DNA of 28,709 nucleotides from Octopus sinensis. Taxonomy: Eukaryota. Position 1 is the first letter of the stretch. Every line of letters starts with the position of its first letter. A program made the translations under genes and the position numbers. This document shows positions 1-11,069 of the stretch, in pieces. The stretch spans positions 1-28,709 of the forward strand of contig NW_021833550.1 in the NCBI RefSeq assembly GCF_006345805.1. The letters run 5' to 3'. The notes beneath the pieces were generated by a model. It had not been told where the DNA came from and made no database searches. It saw nothing but the letters and a program-made list of their open reading frames with translations.

Positions 1-60
1 AAACAACTACAGTGATAGCCGCTCCGTTACCGATCATAATATGGCGAATTAACAGAATCG

Positions 61-705
61 ATATTCGTTCCGTATTTGTGTTCTGAGTTCGATAATCACC
101 ACGATCAGCTTTTGCCTTGTAATCCTTTACTCTTTTACTCTTTTACTTGTTTCAGTCATTTGACTGCGGCCATGCTGGAGCACCGCCTTTTAGTACTTAT
201 TCTATCGGTCTCTTTTTGCCGAACCGCTAAGTAACGGGAACGTAAACACACCAGCATCGGTTGTCAAGCAACGCTAGGGAGACAAACACAGACACACAAA
301 CACACACATATACATATATATACATATATACGACAGGCTTCTTTCAGTTTCCGTCTACCAAATCCACTCACAAGGCATTGGTCGGCCCGGGGCTATAGCA
401 GAAGACACTTGCCCAAGATGCCACGCAGTTGGACTGAACCCGGAACCGTGTGGTTGGTAAGCAAGCTACTTACCACACAGCCACCCCTAAGTCTATATAC
501 ATATATACGACAGGCTTCTTTCAGTTTCCGTCTACCAAATCCACTCACAAGGCATTGGTCAGCCCGGGGCTATAGCAGAAGACACTTGCCCAAGATGTCA
601 CGCAGTGGGACTGAACCCGCAACCGTGTGGTTGGTTAGCAAGCTACTTACCACACAGCCACCCCCTGCGCCTTTCGGTATCGATAAATGTAAAGTACCAG
701 GGTTC
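61..705 (+). mobile_element. Decayed tRNA-SINE (family B) split by a family A SINE
   Basis: 61-125 (gttctgagttcg...ctttgcc) and 672-705 (ctttcggtatcgataaat...aagtaccag) match consecutive parts of the 9885-10285 element. Confidence 0.55.
126..671 (-). mobile_element. tRNA/CORE-type SINE (family A; probably the octopus OR-type) with a duplicated 5' half
   Basis: The minus strand reads Box A TGGCTGTGTGG, Box B GGTTCAGTCC, then the CORE-like CTTGGGCAAGTG, an internal (TA)/(CA) tract and an (AAAGAGT)n tail. The head half is present twice (about 330-488 and 505-671). Confidence 0.85.
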
Positions 706-953
706 TATTCTTCTCCTAGTTTCACTTTCGTTTTCTTATTTATTTCCGAAAAACGATCGATTGCTCTGGCGTTGTTGGCATTTTGCAGATTTAAAAAGCT
801 GAAATCGCGCCGCCACATCGAGGACACACCGTAGGCAAATTGAGGTTCCAGGGCACCTATGTAAATTTACTGAGTACAGAAATACATATATACATATACA
901 TACATATATGTGTGTATGTGTGTATGTATATATATATATATATATACATACAT

Positions 954-1146
954 ACTCTTTTAGTCTTTTACTTGTTTCAGTAATTTGACTGCGGCCTATC
1001 GATCAAATCGACCCCGGGACTTATTCTTTGTAAGCCCAGTACTTATTCTATCGGTCTCTTTTTGCCGTACCGCTAAGTGACGGGGACGTAAACACACCAG
1101 CATCGGTTGTCAAGCAATGCTGGGGGGGACAAACACAGACATACAA

Positions 1147-1187
<41 letters not shown>

Positions 1188-1348
1188 CCACAGGCTTCTT
1201 TCAGTTTCCGTCTATCAAATCCACTCACAAGGCATTGGTCGACCCGAGGCTATAGTAGAAGACACTTGCCGAAGGTGCCACGCAATGGAACTGAACGCGG
1301 AACCATGTGGCTGGTTAGCAAGCTACTTACCACACAGCCACTCCTGCG

Positions 1349-1350
<2 letters not shown>
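954..1350 (-). mobile_element. Family A tRNA-SINE
   Basis: Same head, body and tail as the 126-671 and 6491-6924 copies. Confidence 0.88.
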
Positions 1351-1394
<44 letters not shown>

Positions 1395-1564
1395 CACATA
1401 CACACGTGCGCATAACGAGGTGGGAGAAAATAGTACTCGAATACCAAAGGTAGAATAATATGTTGTTTGTCAAAGCTGAAAAAATCTTCAGCCACGCTAA
1501 ATGTGTGTGTATGTTTGTGTGTGTGTGAGAGAGAGAGGGGGGGTAAACAGGGACGCAGTGTGAT

Positions 1565-1882
1565 CTCTTTTACTCTTTTACTTGTTTCAGTCATTTGACT
1601 GCGGCCATGCTGGAGCACCGCCTTTAGTCGAGCAACTCGACCCCGGGACTTATTCTTTGTAAGCTTAGTACTTATTCTAGGTCTATATATATATAGGTGT
1701 ATATATATATACATATACACGACAGGCTTCTTTCAGTTTCCGTCTACCAAATCCACTCACAAGGCTTTGGTCGGCCCGGGGCTATAGCAGAAGACACTTG
1801 CCCATGGTGCCACGCAGTGGGACTGAACCCAGAACCATGTGGTTGGTTAGCAAGCTACTTACCACACAGCCACTCCTGCGCC
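1565..1882 (-). mobile_element. Family A tRNA-SINE with an internal deletion
   Basis: Head and tail match the family; about 100 bp of the body is missing near 1680-1700. Confidence 0.85.
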
Positions 1883-2327
1883 TTTGTTATGTATTTGTCT
1901 GAATATTTTTTATCCTACCTAATGCGCCTACTATGATAGGAATTGTTTCTGTTTTTAGACTCCACGTTCGTGTTACCTTTATTTCCAGATCTATGAACTT
2001 TGAAAGTTTCTCCGTTTTTTTCTTGAGAAACATTGCTATCTATTGGCATTGATACATCGATTAGAAAGCACTCTTTTTCCTTGGTGATTTCTGACAACTA
2101 TATCTGGCCTATTGCCCTTAACTTCTCTAATCTGTGTGTATTGGCATATCCCAGAATATGGTCTGAGCTCTCATTTTCTGAAATCTTTTTTGAGGTGTGC
2201 CATCTTTTGTCTCTTGTTATTTATTCCACAGTGTTCGCATAGCTTTTAGCGTAACTAGGTTCCAACTCTCGTGTGTTTGTGAATATATTCCTTTATAACC
2301 AGAACTGGACAACCAGAGACAATATGA
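1883..2327 (-). mobile_element. Decayed R4/Dong-like non-LTR retrotransposon fragment (zinc knuckle plus RLE endonuclease)
   Basis: The minus strand gives HIVSGCPVL...NRPDIVV...CFLIDVSMPIDSNVS with frameshifts. It is homologous to 2354-2742 and 5351-5896 and ends at (TTA)n 2328-2354. Confidence 0.8.
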
Positions 2328-2353
2328 TTTATTATTATTATTATTATTATTAT

Positions 2354-2742
2354 TCAGTAGTTTTATTTTTATAGCGTGCTTTCACTTCACTACCGAGCGC
2401 AGCTCTGTGTGCCTTGGGTATGTGCTGTGATTTGTTGTGATGCTCTGATGGTTATTGTATGGAAAGTGTTCTGCGTAGGATGTGTGCAGTGCCTAGTAGT
2501 GCAATTTTCTGTATGTTATATGTGTTTGTAAGTCCTGGTGTTTTTGTTATGTATTTGTCTGAATATTTTTTTATCATGCCTAATGCACCTACTATGATAG
2601 GAATTGTTTCTGTTTTCAGATTCCACATTCTAGTTACCTCTATTTCCATGTCTTTGTATTTTGAGAGTTTCTCCATTTCTTTTAGAGTAACGTTGTCATC
2701 TGCCGGTATTGATACATCAATTAGAAAGCATTTTTTTTCTTC
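2354..2742 (-). mobile_element. 5'-truncated R4/Dong-like RLE LINE 3' end
   Basis: ORF 2452-2676 (MEKLSKYKDMEIEVTRMWNLKTETIPIIVGALG...ALLGTAHILRRTLSIQ) is an RLE C-terminus followed by a 3' UTR. (TTA)n lies on both sides. Confidence 0.85.
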
Positions 2743-2765
2743 ATCATATTATTATTATTATTATT

Positions 2766-4561
2766 GAGTGAGAGAGCAGTGCATGCCATCAAAGTGACTC
2801 TGGGTTACAAATATACGAAGCCCAGTATACCCATCATGACTACCCGTCTGATAAGGGTACACTAGGCACATGCATCACAACCATATGTGCGCGACATGGT
2901 GATCTCATATCAAAATAAACAGCGCATGACCTTGCAGGTGGGGCCCAGTTAGAATTTTCTTCAGGTCGAGTAGCCCATCCCACTCGAAAGGTCCCTGAAT
3001 AAGGGTTGTTTAAGGATGTTGAACGAAACACCCGTGTTTCCAGAGGTGAATTATTCAAACCCCAAAGAAACCCTCTCAATACATGGCTATGATGCTCCCC
3101 CACTACTTCTGCTCGTGATCATAGATGCAGATATCATCAGCCACTAAGGGACATGCTCAACTGGTTAAGGTCAAACAACTGACAAGCAAATCTGTGGTAT
3201 TGAGCAGAATATTTGCTGTAGCCCATCTTTTATACCAAGACAAAACAATGTACATGATAACACTTCCAATCAGTTAAGATCAGAAGCCATGAGAGCCATT
3301 GCCTGGTACACAGCCTCGATCACTGATTCCCAACACGGATTCGTGCCGAAGAGATCATGCTTCACCAACTTACTAATAATGGAAGAATTGGTGACGCGCA
3401 TCCTCGATGATAGTGATGCTGTTGACATCGTTTTATTGGACTTTGCCAAAGCTTTTGACTCGGTAAACCACCGCCTGCTACTTGTCAAGCTTCAAGCATA
3501 TAGTTTCCATCCGGATATTGTACGATGGGTTGGTGCCTTCCTCTCAGATCGCTCCTTCCAAGTTCAAGTTAATGGCTCGCGGTCCGACGTCTCCAGTGCG
3601 AGCAGTGGCGTGCCTCAAGGTTCAGTGCTTGGGCCCTTGTTGTTCTTAGTCTTCATAAATGACTTGCCCGACGACCTCACGCAACACACCCTTCTATTTG
3701 CCGACGATATCAAACTGGTCGCTCCTCGCGGTAGTATAGAGGATCTTCGTCGATGCCTCCACCAAATTTGGAAGTGGTCTAACGATTGGGACCTGTGTCT
3801 GAACGTGTCAAAGTGCTGTCATCTGCCTGTCGGCTCTACTCCTGCAACTCAACTTGATTTCGAGCCGGGTCGTCTGCTGCTGGAGAGGACCGATCAGGTA
3901 AAGGACCTGGGTATCTTGGTGGATTCCTCCTTTTCGCCTTCGGCCCAGTGCGTCCATGCTGCCAACAAAGCGCGCGGAATTCTGTTTTTGATTCGACGGT
4001 CAATCATAATGCTCACAGCAGCCATATTCCTGCCACTCTATGTCACGCTGGTGAGACCCATATTGGAGTATGGGATTCAAGCCTCTTCTCCTTATCTCCT
4101 GAAAGACATACAGCACCTCGAAAGAGTCCAGAGGCTGGCTACCCGCATCGTTCATGGTCTCAAAAATTTGTCCTACGAAGAAAGGCTGAGGACGCTCGAC
4201 CTTTATTCTCTTGAAAAACGCAGCCGCCGTGGTGATCACATTCTCGCCCACAACATCATAAGCGGGAAGTTTAACCTCTCGAAAGAGCTGTTCTTCACTC
4301 CTGCTCCGGAGCGTCGGCTGCGGGGTCATTCCGAAAGGCTCTACCTGCGACGATTTCATCTCAATCGAAGGAGAGGAGCTTTCTCCGTCCGGGTTGCGGA
4401 TCCGTGGAACAAGCTGCCAGACGAGATGGTGAAGATGCCGACGACCGCTTTGTTCAAAGCCTCCCTGGACCTCAAGTGGCCTGAACTCTTTACATGAACA
4501 CCACCCTGTACTTAACTCCATGTCCCCCTACATGGCCTTGCTATTTGCTTTTGAGCCAAAT

Positions 4562-4598
<37 letters not shown>

Positions 4599-5075
4599 GC
4601 ATCAGGGCATTTGATGCTCCCCCACTACTTCTGCTCGTGATCAGAGATGCACATATCGTCAGCCACTAAGGGACATGCTCAACTGGTTAAGGTCAAACAA
4701 CTGACAAGCAAATCTGTGGTATTGAACAGAATATTTACTGTAGCCTATCTTTTATACCAAGACAAAACAATGTACATGATAACACTTCCAATCAGTTAAG
4801 ATCAGAAGCCATGAGAGCCACTGCCTGGTACTGCATCAGGGCATTGCTCCCCCACTACTTCTGCTCGTGATCAGAGATGCACATATCGTCAGCCACTAAG
4901 GGACATGCTCAACTGGTTAAGGTCAAACGACTGACAAGCAAATCTGTGGTATTGAGCAGAATATTTGCTGTAGCCCATCTTTTATACCAAGACAAAACAA
5001 TGTACATGATAACACTTTCAATCAGTTAAGATCAGAAGCCATGAGAGCCACTGCCTGGTACTGCATCAGGGCATT
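2766..5075 (-). mobile_element. Non-coding retroposon-like repeat (about 560 bp unit) bounded by (TAA)n, interrupted by a CR1 LINE, with its 230-bp end triplicated
   Basis: 2766-3309 plus 4598-4612 rebuild one unit. 4612-4845 and 4845-5075 repeat 3090-3309 plus 4598-4612. A second copy lies at 8546-8898. Confidence 0.75.
3310..4597 (+). mobile_element. 5'-truncated CR1/L2-group LINE with an open partial RT ORF (to stop 4497) and a (CTAA)n tail
   Basis: The ORF has QHGF, LDFAKAFDSV, GVPQGSVLGPLLF, LFADDIK, KDLGI and YEERLRTLDLYSLEKR motifs. The (CTAA)n tail spans about 4562-4597. The host repeat rejoins across it (gcctggtac|tgcatcagg). Confidence 0.92.
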
Positions 5076-5085
5076 ATTATTATCA

Positions 5086-5155
<70 letters not shown>

Positions 5156-5166
5156 TATTATTATTA

Positions 5167-5212
<46 letters not shown>

Positions 5213-5315
5213 TATTATTATTATCATTATTATTATTATCATTATTATTATCATTATTATTATTATTATTGTTATTATTATTATTATTATCATTATTATT
5301 ATTATCATTATTATT

Positions 5316-5350
<35 letters not shown>
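5073..5350. repeat. Compound (ATT/ATC)n microsatellite, about 280 bp
   Basis: Seen directly; it produces the spurious poly-Leu and poly-Ile ORFs. Confidence 0.97.
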
Positions 5351-5896
5351 TCAGTAGTTTTATTTTTATAGCGTGCTTTCACTTCACTACCGAGCGCAGC
5401 TCTGTGTGCCTTGGGTATGTGCGGTGATTTGTTGTGATGCTCTGATGGTTATTGTATGGAAAGTGTTCTGCGTAGGATGTGTGCAGTGCCTAGTAGTGCA
5501 ATTTTCTGTATGTTATATGTGTTTGTAAGTCCTGGTGTTTTTGTTATGTATTTGTCTGAATATTTTTTTATCATGCCTAATGCACCTACTATGATAGGAA
5601 TTGTTTCTGTTTTCAGATTCCACATTCTAGTTACCTCTATTTCCAGGTCTTTGTATTTTGAGAGTTTCTCCATAATGTTGGCATAGCTTCCAATGTATGT
5701 AGGTTCCAACTCTGTCATGTCTGTGAATATATTCCTTCTTAGCCAAGACTGGGCAGCTAGAGATAATATGATTTATTGTTTCTTGTCCATCTCCACATAT
5801 TCTGCAGTTACTTGTAATATTTCTTTTCATTACATGTTTTTGGTAATTTCTGGTGGGGAGGCTTTGGTCTTGTGCTGCAATTAAAAATCCCTCTGT
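5351..5896 (-). mobile_element. 5'-truncated, internally deleted R4/Dong-like RLE LINE
   Basis: The minus strand reads TEGFLIAAQDQSLPTRNY...CRICGDGQETINHIISSCPVLAKKEYIHRHDRVGTYIHWKLCQH joined directly to MEKLSKYKDL...RRTLSIQ. (TTA)n lies on both sides (to 5350 and 5896-5914). Confidence 0.87.
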
Positions 5897-6132
5897 TTAT
5901 TATTATTATTATTATCTTGTTTATGAATGGGCGAATTATTTTATCTATTTATTTTCCCCATACAACACTTTCAATGACCACTAATAAATCTCTCATAATA
6001 AAAATTCATAATGACTGTTAAAATAATAATTAATAAATCTTCTGACGAAGCTCTTTTGTTATAAAACATCAACACACACACACATGCCCGCACGCATGCG
6101 CACAATTTAATGTGATTGCTTTTATGTTTCAG

Positions 6133-6347
6133 TACGAAAATGACATTCCCTACGGGACTTGTGTGGAAGGCATGTATGATCCCCCTCACAGATCAATACC
6201 GAGTCACCCCCTGTCCACGCACACTGCCAACTTAAACCATGGACCTATACCGCAGTATCCGTCGTACTCACCCAGTAACAATATGCCAGGGGTTGTGAAT
6301 TCCTCCCAGGACGGACAGCTTAAGCGAGACAAGGATGCAATTTACGG
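6133..6347 (+). CDS. Meis: Meis/homothorax coding exon 2 (YENDIPYG...QLKRDKDAIYG), phase 0 to phase 2
   Basis: Acceptor tttatgtttcAG (AG at 6131-6132) and donor GG|GTAAG at 6348. The 215-nt open exon ends in LKRDKDAIYG, the hallmark sequence immediately before the MEINOX domain in Meis/Hth, and contains LNHGP as in vertebrate Meis exon 2. It joins in frame to the 11277 exon (GG+A = Gly). Confidence 0.93.
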
Positions 6348-6490
6348 GTAAGAATGTCTAAGCTTTTCTTGCCATTTTTTTTCACGTATATATTTGTCTG
6401 TGTTTATGTGTGAATGTGCGTGTGCGAGCGTGCTCTCCCTCTATGTGTGTGTGTGTGTGTGTGTTTGCTCTCCCTCTATCTGTGTGTATA

Positions 6491-6924
6491 TACTCTTTAC
6501 TCTTTTACTTGTTTCAGTCATTTGACTGCGGCCATGCCGGAGCACCGCCTTTAATCGAGCAAATCGACCCCGGGACTTATTCTTTTTGTAAGCCCAGTAC
6601 TTATTCTATCGGTCTCTTTTGCCGAACCGCTAAGTAACGGGGACACAAACACACCAGCATCGGTTGTCAAGCAATGCTAGGGGAACAAACACAGATACAC
6701 AAAGACACACACGCATATATATATATATTATATATATATATATATATATAATATATATATATGACGGGCTTCTTTCAGTTTCCGTCTACCAAATCCACTC
6801 ACAAGGCTTTGGTCGGCCCGAGGCTATAGTAGAAGTCACTTGCCGAAGGTGCCACGCAGTGGGACTGAACCCGGAACCATGTGGTTGGTAAACTAGCTAC
6901 TTACCACACAGCCACTCCTGCGCC

Positions 6925-6956
<32 letters not shown>

Positions 6957-7472
6957 ATATACGACGGGCTTCTTTCAGTTTCCGTCTACCAAATCCACTC
7001 ACAAGGCTTTGGTCGGCCCGAGGCTATAGTAGAAGTCACTTGCCGAAGGTGCCACGCAGTGGGACTGAACCCGGAACCATGTGGTTGGTAAACAAGCTAC
7101 TTACCACACAGCCACTCCTACGCCTATATATATATACGATGGGCTTCTTTCAGTTTCCGTCTACCAAATCCACTCACAAGGCTTTGGTCAGCCCGAGGCT
7201 ATAGTAGAAGACACTTGCCCAAGGTGCCACGCAGGGGGGCTGAATCCGGAACCATGTGGTTGGTAAACAAGCTACTTACCACACAGCCACTCCTACGCCT
7301 ATATATATATACGATGGGCTTCTTTCAGTTTCCGTCTACCAAATCAATTCACAAGGCTTTGGTCGGCCGAGGCTATAGTAGAAGTCACTTGCCGAAGGTG
7401 CCACGCAGGGGACTGAACCCGGAACCATGTGGTTGGTAAACAAGCTACTTACCACACAGCCACTCCTACGCC
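6491..7472 (-). mobile_element. Family A SINE (6491-6924) plus three extra tandem 5' halves (about 6961-7124, 7136-7299, 7311-7472)
   Basis: Four near-identical head segments of about 165 bp separated by (TA)n tracts. Confidence 0.9.
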
Positions 7473-7799
7473 TATGTGTATCAATATGTATACACTTAAA
7501 CAAATAACCAATACACACACACGGACAATTGGCTAGAGTCAATGATCTTCTGGAGATATGCTATTGATAAAAGGTATTCGTTACAGTAATTCGTTGTTTG
7601 AAGTGCCGTCGAAATAGTTAATTGTGTATCACAATATGTTTAACTAAACTTGGCTACAAATGTTTATATTTATGGTACGAAGTGACGACTCTGAAATAAA
7701 AGTAGCGATAGAGAAATGACACCCCCACCACAATACATATATGCGTGTATGTGTATGTATTTGTGTGTATATATACACACATATATATATTATATATAT

Positions 7800-8462
7800 T
7801 ATCAAGTTATGTATATTATCAACCATCGCACAAACAATAACTCTGAGCACCTCTTCAAACTCCACCCATCTAACACCCGTGGACATATTTACAAAGTAAG
7901 AAAACAGCACAGCTCCCATGACTTCAGGAAACATTTTTTCACGCTGAGAGCTGCTGAAGCATGGAACAAACTGCCGGCATCGGTTGTTAGTTGTCGGAGC
8001 ACTGCATCCTTCAAATCTTCCATGCTTCCTGAGAGATTCGCCAACACTACACCTGATCTTCTCCCCTCCATACACACGCTGAAGCATGGAACAAACTGCC
8101 AGCATCAGTTGTTAGTTGTCGGAGCACTGCATCCTTCAAATCTTCCATGCTTCCTGAGATTCGCCAACACTACACCTGATTTTCTCCCCTCCATACACAC
8201 GCTGAAGCATGGAACAAACTGCCAGCATCAGTTGTTAGTTGTCGGAGCACTGCATCCTTCAAAACTTCCATGCTTCCTGAGATTCGCCAACACTACACCT
8301 GATTTCCTCCCCTACATACACACACAAGCATGTATCTGACTCATACACTGTTCACTTTCCAGACATTTCTACATTACTGCATGTACTTTATATGCACTTT
8401 CTGACAAGTTGTGGTGCACCTGAGCACTGTATACACTAATTTCATTATTATTATTATTATTT
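7800..8462 (+). mobile_element. 3' end of a second CR1-group LINE with a triplicated unit of about 123 bp and a (TTA)n tail
   Basis: HLFKLHPSNTRGHIYKV...FFTLRAAEAWNKLPASVV is a typical CR1-group ORF2 C-terminus. The unit gctgaagcatggaacaaactgcc recurs at 7953, 8078 and 8201. Confidence 0.8.
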
Positions 8463-8545
8463 TTAAGTTGGGCCGAAAGTCACGCATAAGAAGCCTTTAG
8501 CGATTTATTTATATAGCTTTATTTTATTATCATCGTCATTATTAT

Positions 8546-8898
8546 GAGAGTGAGACAGCAACGCCATGCCATCTAAGTGACTCTAGGGTACAAATTTACG
8601 AAGGCCAGTGTACCCATCATGACTACCCGTCTGATAAGGGTACACTAGGCACATGCATCACAACCATATGTACGTGACATGGTGAACCTTCATCAGGATA
8701 AACAGCACATGACCTTGCAGGTGGAACCCAGTTAGAATTTTCTTCAGGTCGAGTAGCCCATCCCGCTCAAACGGTCCCGAATAAGGGTCGTTTAAGGATG
8801 TTGAAAGAACCACCCATGTTTCCAAAGGTGAATTATTCAAACCTCCAAGAATCCCTCTCAACACATGGCTATGATGCTCCCCCACTACTTCTGCTCGT
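8546..8898 (-). mobile_element. Truncated second copy of the 2766-5075 non-coding repeat
   Basis: Aligns by eye to 2766-3117 and abuts an ATT/ATC tract at its left end. Confidence 0.85.
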
Positions 8899-9460
8899 AG
8901 TTTTCGCAACTTGCAATCGATTTTCACCAAACTCATGGTGAAGCTTAATGTTACCCTAAGAAACTTAATTCTGACGTTTAGTTTTCCATGCAATACCTTA
9001 TCATCAGAAAAAAATCGATAAAATCATGCCAGTTTGGGACATCGCGTTCAAATTCAAGATGACATATTTTCGACAATATCTTTCACAAATTGGCAGGATT
9101 TTTTTTAAAAATTCACAGCGAGCATCATGTCTGCTCCAAGGAGCTATATGGCCCTTTTTATTCCAATAGGATACTTTATTACTGGAAAAAATCGGTCAAT
9201 TAAATCATATATGGCACACATAGCAAACCGATTTGTGTATTAAACACAAACCACAGACTGTCTAGGGGACGCAAATCGACCTTTTTATCGCCCAAAGGGA
9301 CAGCTAGGAACATCGTATACACAGAAGTATTCGAGTGAAGAGAAGACATTGCGACCTACACATGCGCCTTCGTTCCCGAGAGGGAAAGGACTAGATTGGG
9401 ATTAGTCGTTGCCTACTAGGTGCTCTTACATACTCGGGCAACGCCGGGCTATGCTGCTAG
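8899..9460 (+). mobile_element. Non-autonomous Helitron-like element
   Basis: It ends in the hairpin CTCGGGCAACGCCGGG, then 8 nt, then CTAG (9457-9460). It shares accacagactgtctaggggacgc (about 9250-9272) with the 13488 family. The 5' boundary is uncertain. Confidence 0.55.
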
Positions 9461-9499
9461 CGTATGCATAATGCAGTAGTCAGAACGGTCTGGAACAGG

Positions 9500-9790
9500 A
9501 TAACGAAAAAGAAAATATCTAAAAACGAAGTTGGCCATATTGAAACCGATGGGTCAAAAGAATATTGGCGTGAGTACGGCCAACAAGTTTAAAATACAAC
9601 CGGCCAGGTGTCGTTCTGTGGGACCATAAAGATAAGATGTGTTCTGTTATGGAGATCAGCTGCCCTCCGGTTTCCATTGTGGTTGGCAAAATAGAAGAGA
9701 AAAAGAACAACTATGGATCATAGATGAGGAGTTTGCAATTCCAGTACCCAAGATACATTCTCAGCTTCATACCCTATTATTATTGAACCA
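9500..9790 (+). pseudogene. Decayed RLE (PD-(D/E)xK) endonuclease fragment of an R2-group non-LTR element, distinct from the Dong-like copies
   Basis: From 9598: NRPGVVLWDHKDKMCSVMEISCPPVSIVVGKIEEKKNNYGS*MRSLQFQYP, which resembles the NRPD...E.SCP...K..EK..Y pattern. Confidence 0.6.
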
Positions 9791-9884
9791 ACTGGATACC
9801 TACCAACCCATCTGGAGTAGATATGGCTCGACGTGGAATCTTGGGGAGAGAGTGCAAGTTCTTGATTCATGTGGTATAAGTAAA

Positions 9885-10285
9885 GGCGGCGAGCTGGCAG
9901 AACCGTTAGCACGCTGGGCGAAATGCGTAGCCGTATTTCGTCTGCTGTTACGTTCTGAGTTCAAATTCAGCCAAGGTCGACTTTGCCTTTCCTCCTCTCA
10001 GGGTCGATAAATTAAGTACCAGTTACGCACTGGGGTCGATGTAATCGACTTAATCCGTTTCTCTGTCCTTGTTTGTCCTCTTTGTGCTTAGCCCCTTGTC
10101 GGTAGTAAGGAAATAGGTATTTCGTCTGCCGCTACGTTCTGAGTTCAAATTTCGCCGAAATCGACTTTGCCTTTCATCCTTTCGGGGTCGTTAAATTAAG
10201 TACCAGTTACGCACTGGGATCGATATAATCGACTTAATCCGTTTGTCTGTCCTTGTTTGTCCTCTCTGTGTTTAGCCCCTTGTGG
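9885..10285 (+). mobile_element. Family B tRNA-SINE with a tandem duplication of its 3' part
   Basis: GGCGGCGAGCTGGCAGAA head and GAGTTCAAATTC Box B. The segment gtatttcgtctg...agccccttgt occurs twice (about 9931-10100 and 10117-10285). Confidence 0.8.
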
Positions 10286-11069
10286 TTTGAACGGCAGTTT
10301 TTCGTTTGAACGGCAGTTTTTTTAAATGATTTCCACGTAACTAAACACTTTTAAACTTCGTATACTGGTAGAATGTGTTTATAAAACATCTTTTTCTCTT
10401 GGCTTTATTGAGAACATTCTATAGTTTGTAAGATATTTGGGTCTTTTCGGTTTGAACGGCAGTTTTTAAAAATAATTTCCACGTAAGTAAACACTTTCAA
10501 ACTTCGTATACTGGGAGAATGTGTTTATAAAACATCTTTTTCTCTTGGCTTTATTGAGAAAATTCTATGGTTTTTAAGATATTTTTTGTGTTTTTTTCTT
10601 CAATTTCTGCAATTTCAACCAATCAATGACGTCTATTTAGGTAAAAAAAAACACATTCTGTGCCGTATGAATATGTCCCTCGTTTAAGAAGCAGATTGGG
10701 TTTATTTACATTTCTGAAAAAAAAAAGATACTCTTCCCTCCACCCCTAACCCTAACCCTAAAGCTGATTGAAATGCAATAGATCAATACTAGGGTCATAA
10801 TTATGGGTGACAATTTCATGACATCTCTAGAAAAAACTGCCGTTCAAACAGAAAAGATCCTACATACATACATTGTGTATGTGTGTGTGTCTGTGTGTGT
10901 GTGTGTGCGCGCGCGCATGCGTGTGTATGTATTTTAATACCCTTCGCCCTAACTAACCCTAACCCTAAAGCAGATTGAAATGCAATAGATCGATACTAGG
11001 GTCATAATTATGGGTGACAATTTCATATGACATCTCTAGAAAAAACTGCCGTTCAAACAGAAAAGATCC
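10283..11069. mobile_element. MITE-like DNA element with inverted termini of about 29 bp; both ends locally duplicated
   Basis: Left terminus ggtcttttcggtttgaacggcagttttt (about 10440) and right terminus aaaaaactgccgttcaaacagaaaagatcc (ends at 10860 and 11069), followed by TA. Confidence 0.75.

Noticed and set aside
2299-2313. PELDN peptide matching Meis exon 4
   Set aside because: It lies upstream of exon 2, is preceded by an in-frame stop, and falls inside an antisense LINE fragment.
3289-4497. RT ORF as a retron, DGR or group II intron system
   Set aside because: The motifs, the 3' UTR, the (CTAA)n tail and the second 3' copy at 11652 identify it as a eukaryotic CR1-group LINE.
2766-5075. 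Penelope-like pseudo-LTR array with a hammerhead ribozyme
   Set aside because: No intact CTGANGA...GAAA core and no GIY-YIG or PLE RT sequence were seen.
5041-5427. Poly-Leu and poly-Ile ORFs, and likewise the many YIYIYI ORFs
   Set aside because: These are translations of (ATT/ATC)n and (TA)n microsatellites.
10744-10967. Interstitial telomere or chromosome fusion scar
   Set aside because: Only about three hexamers per site, located inside a MITE arm.
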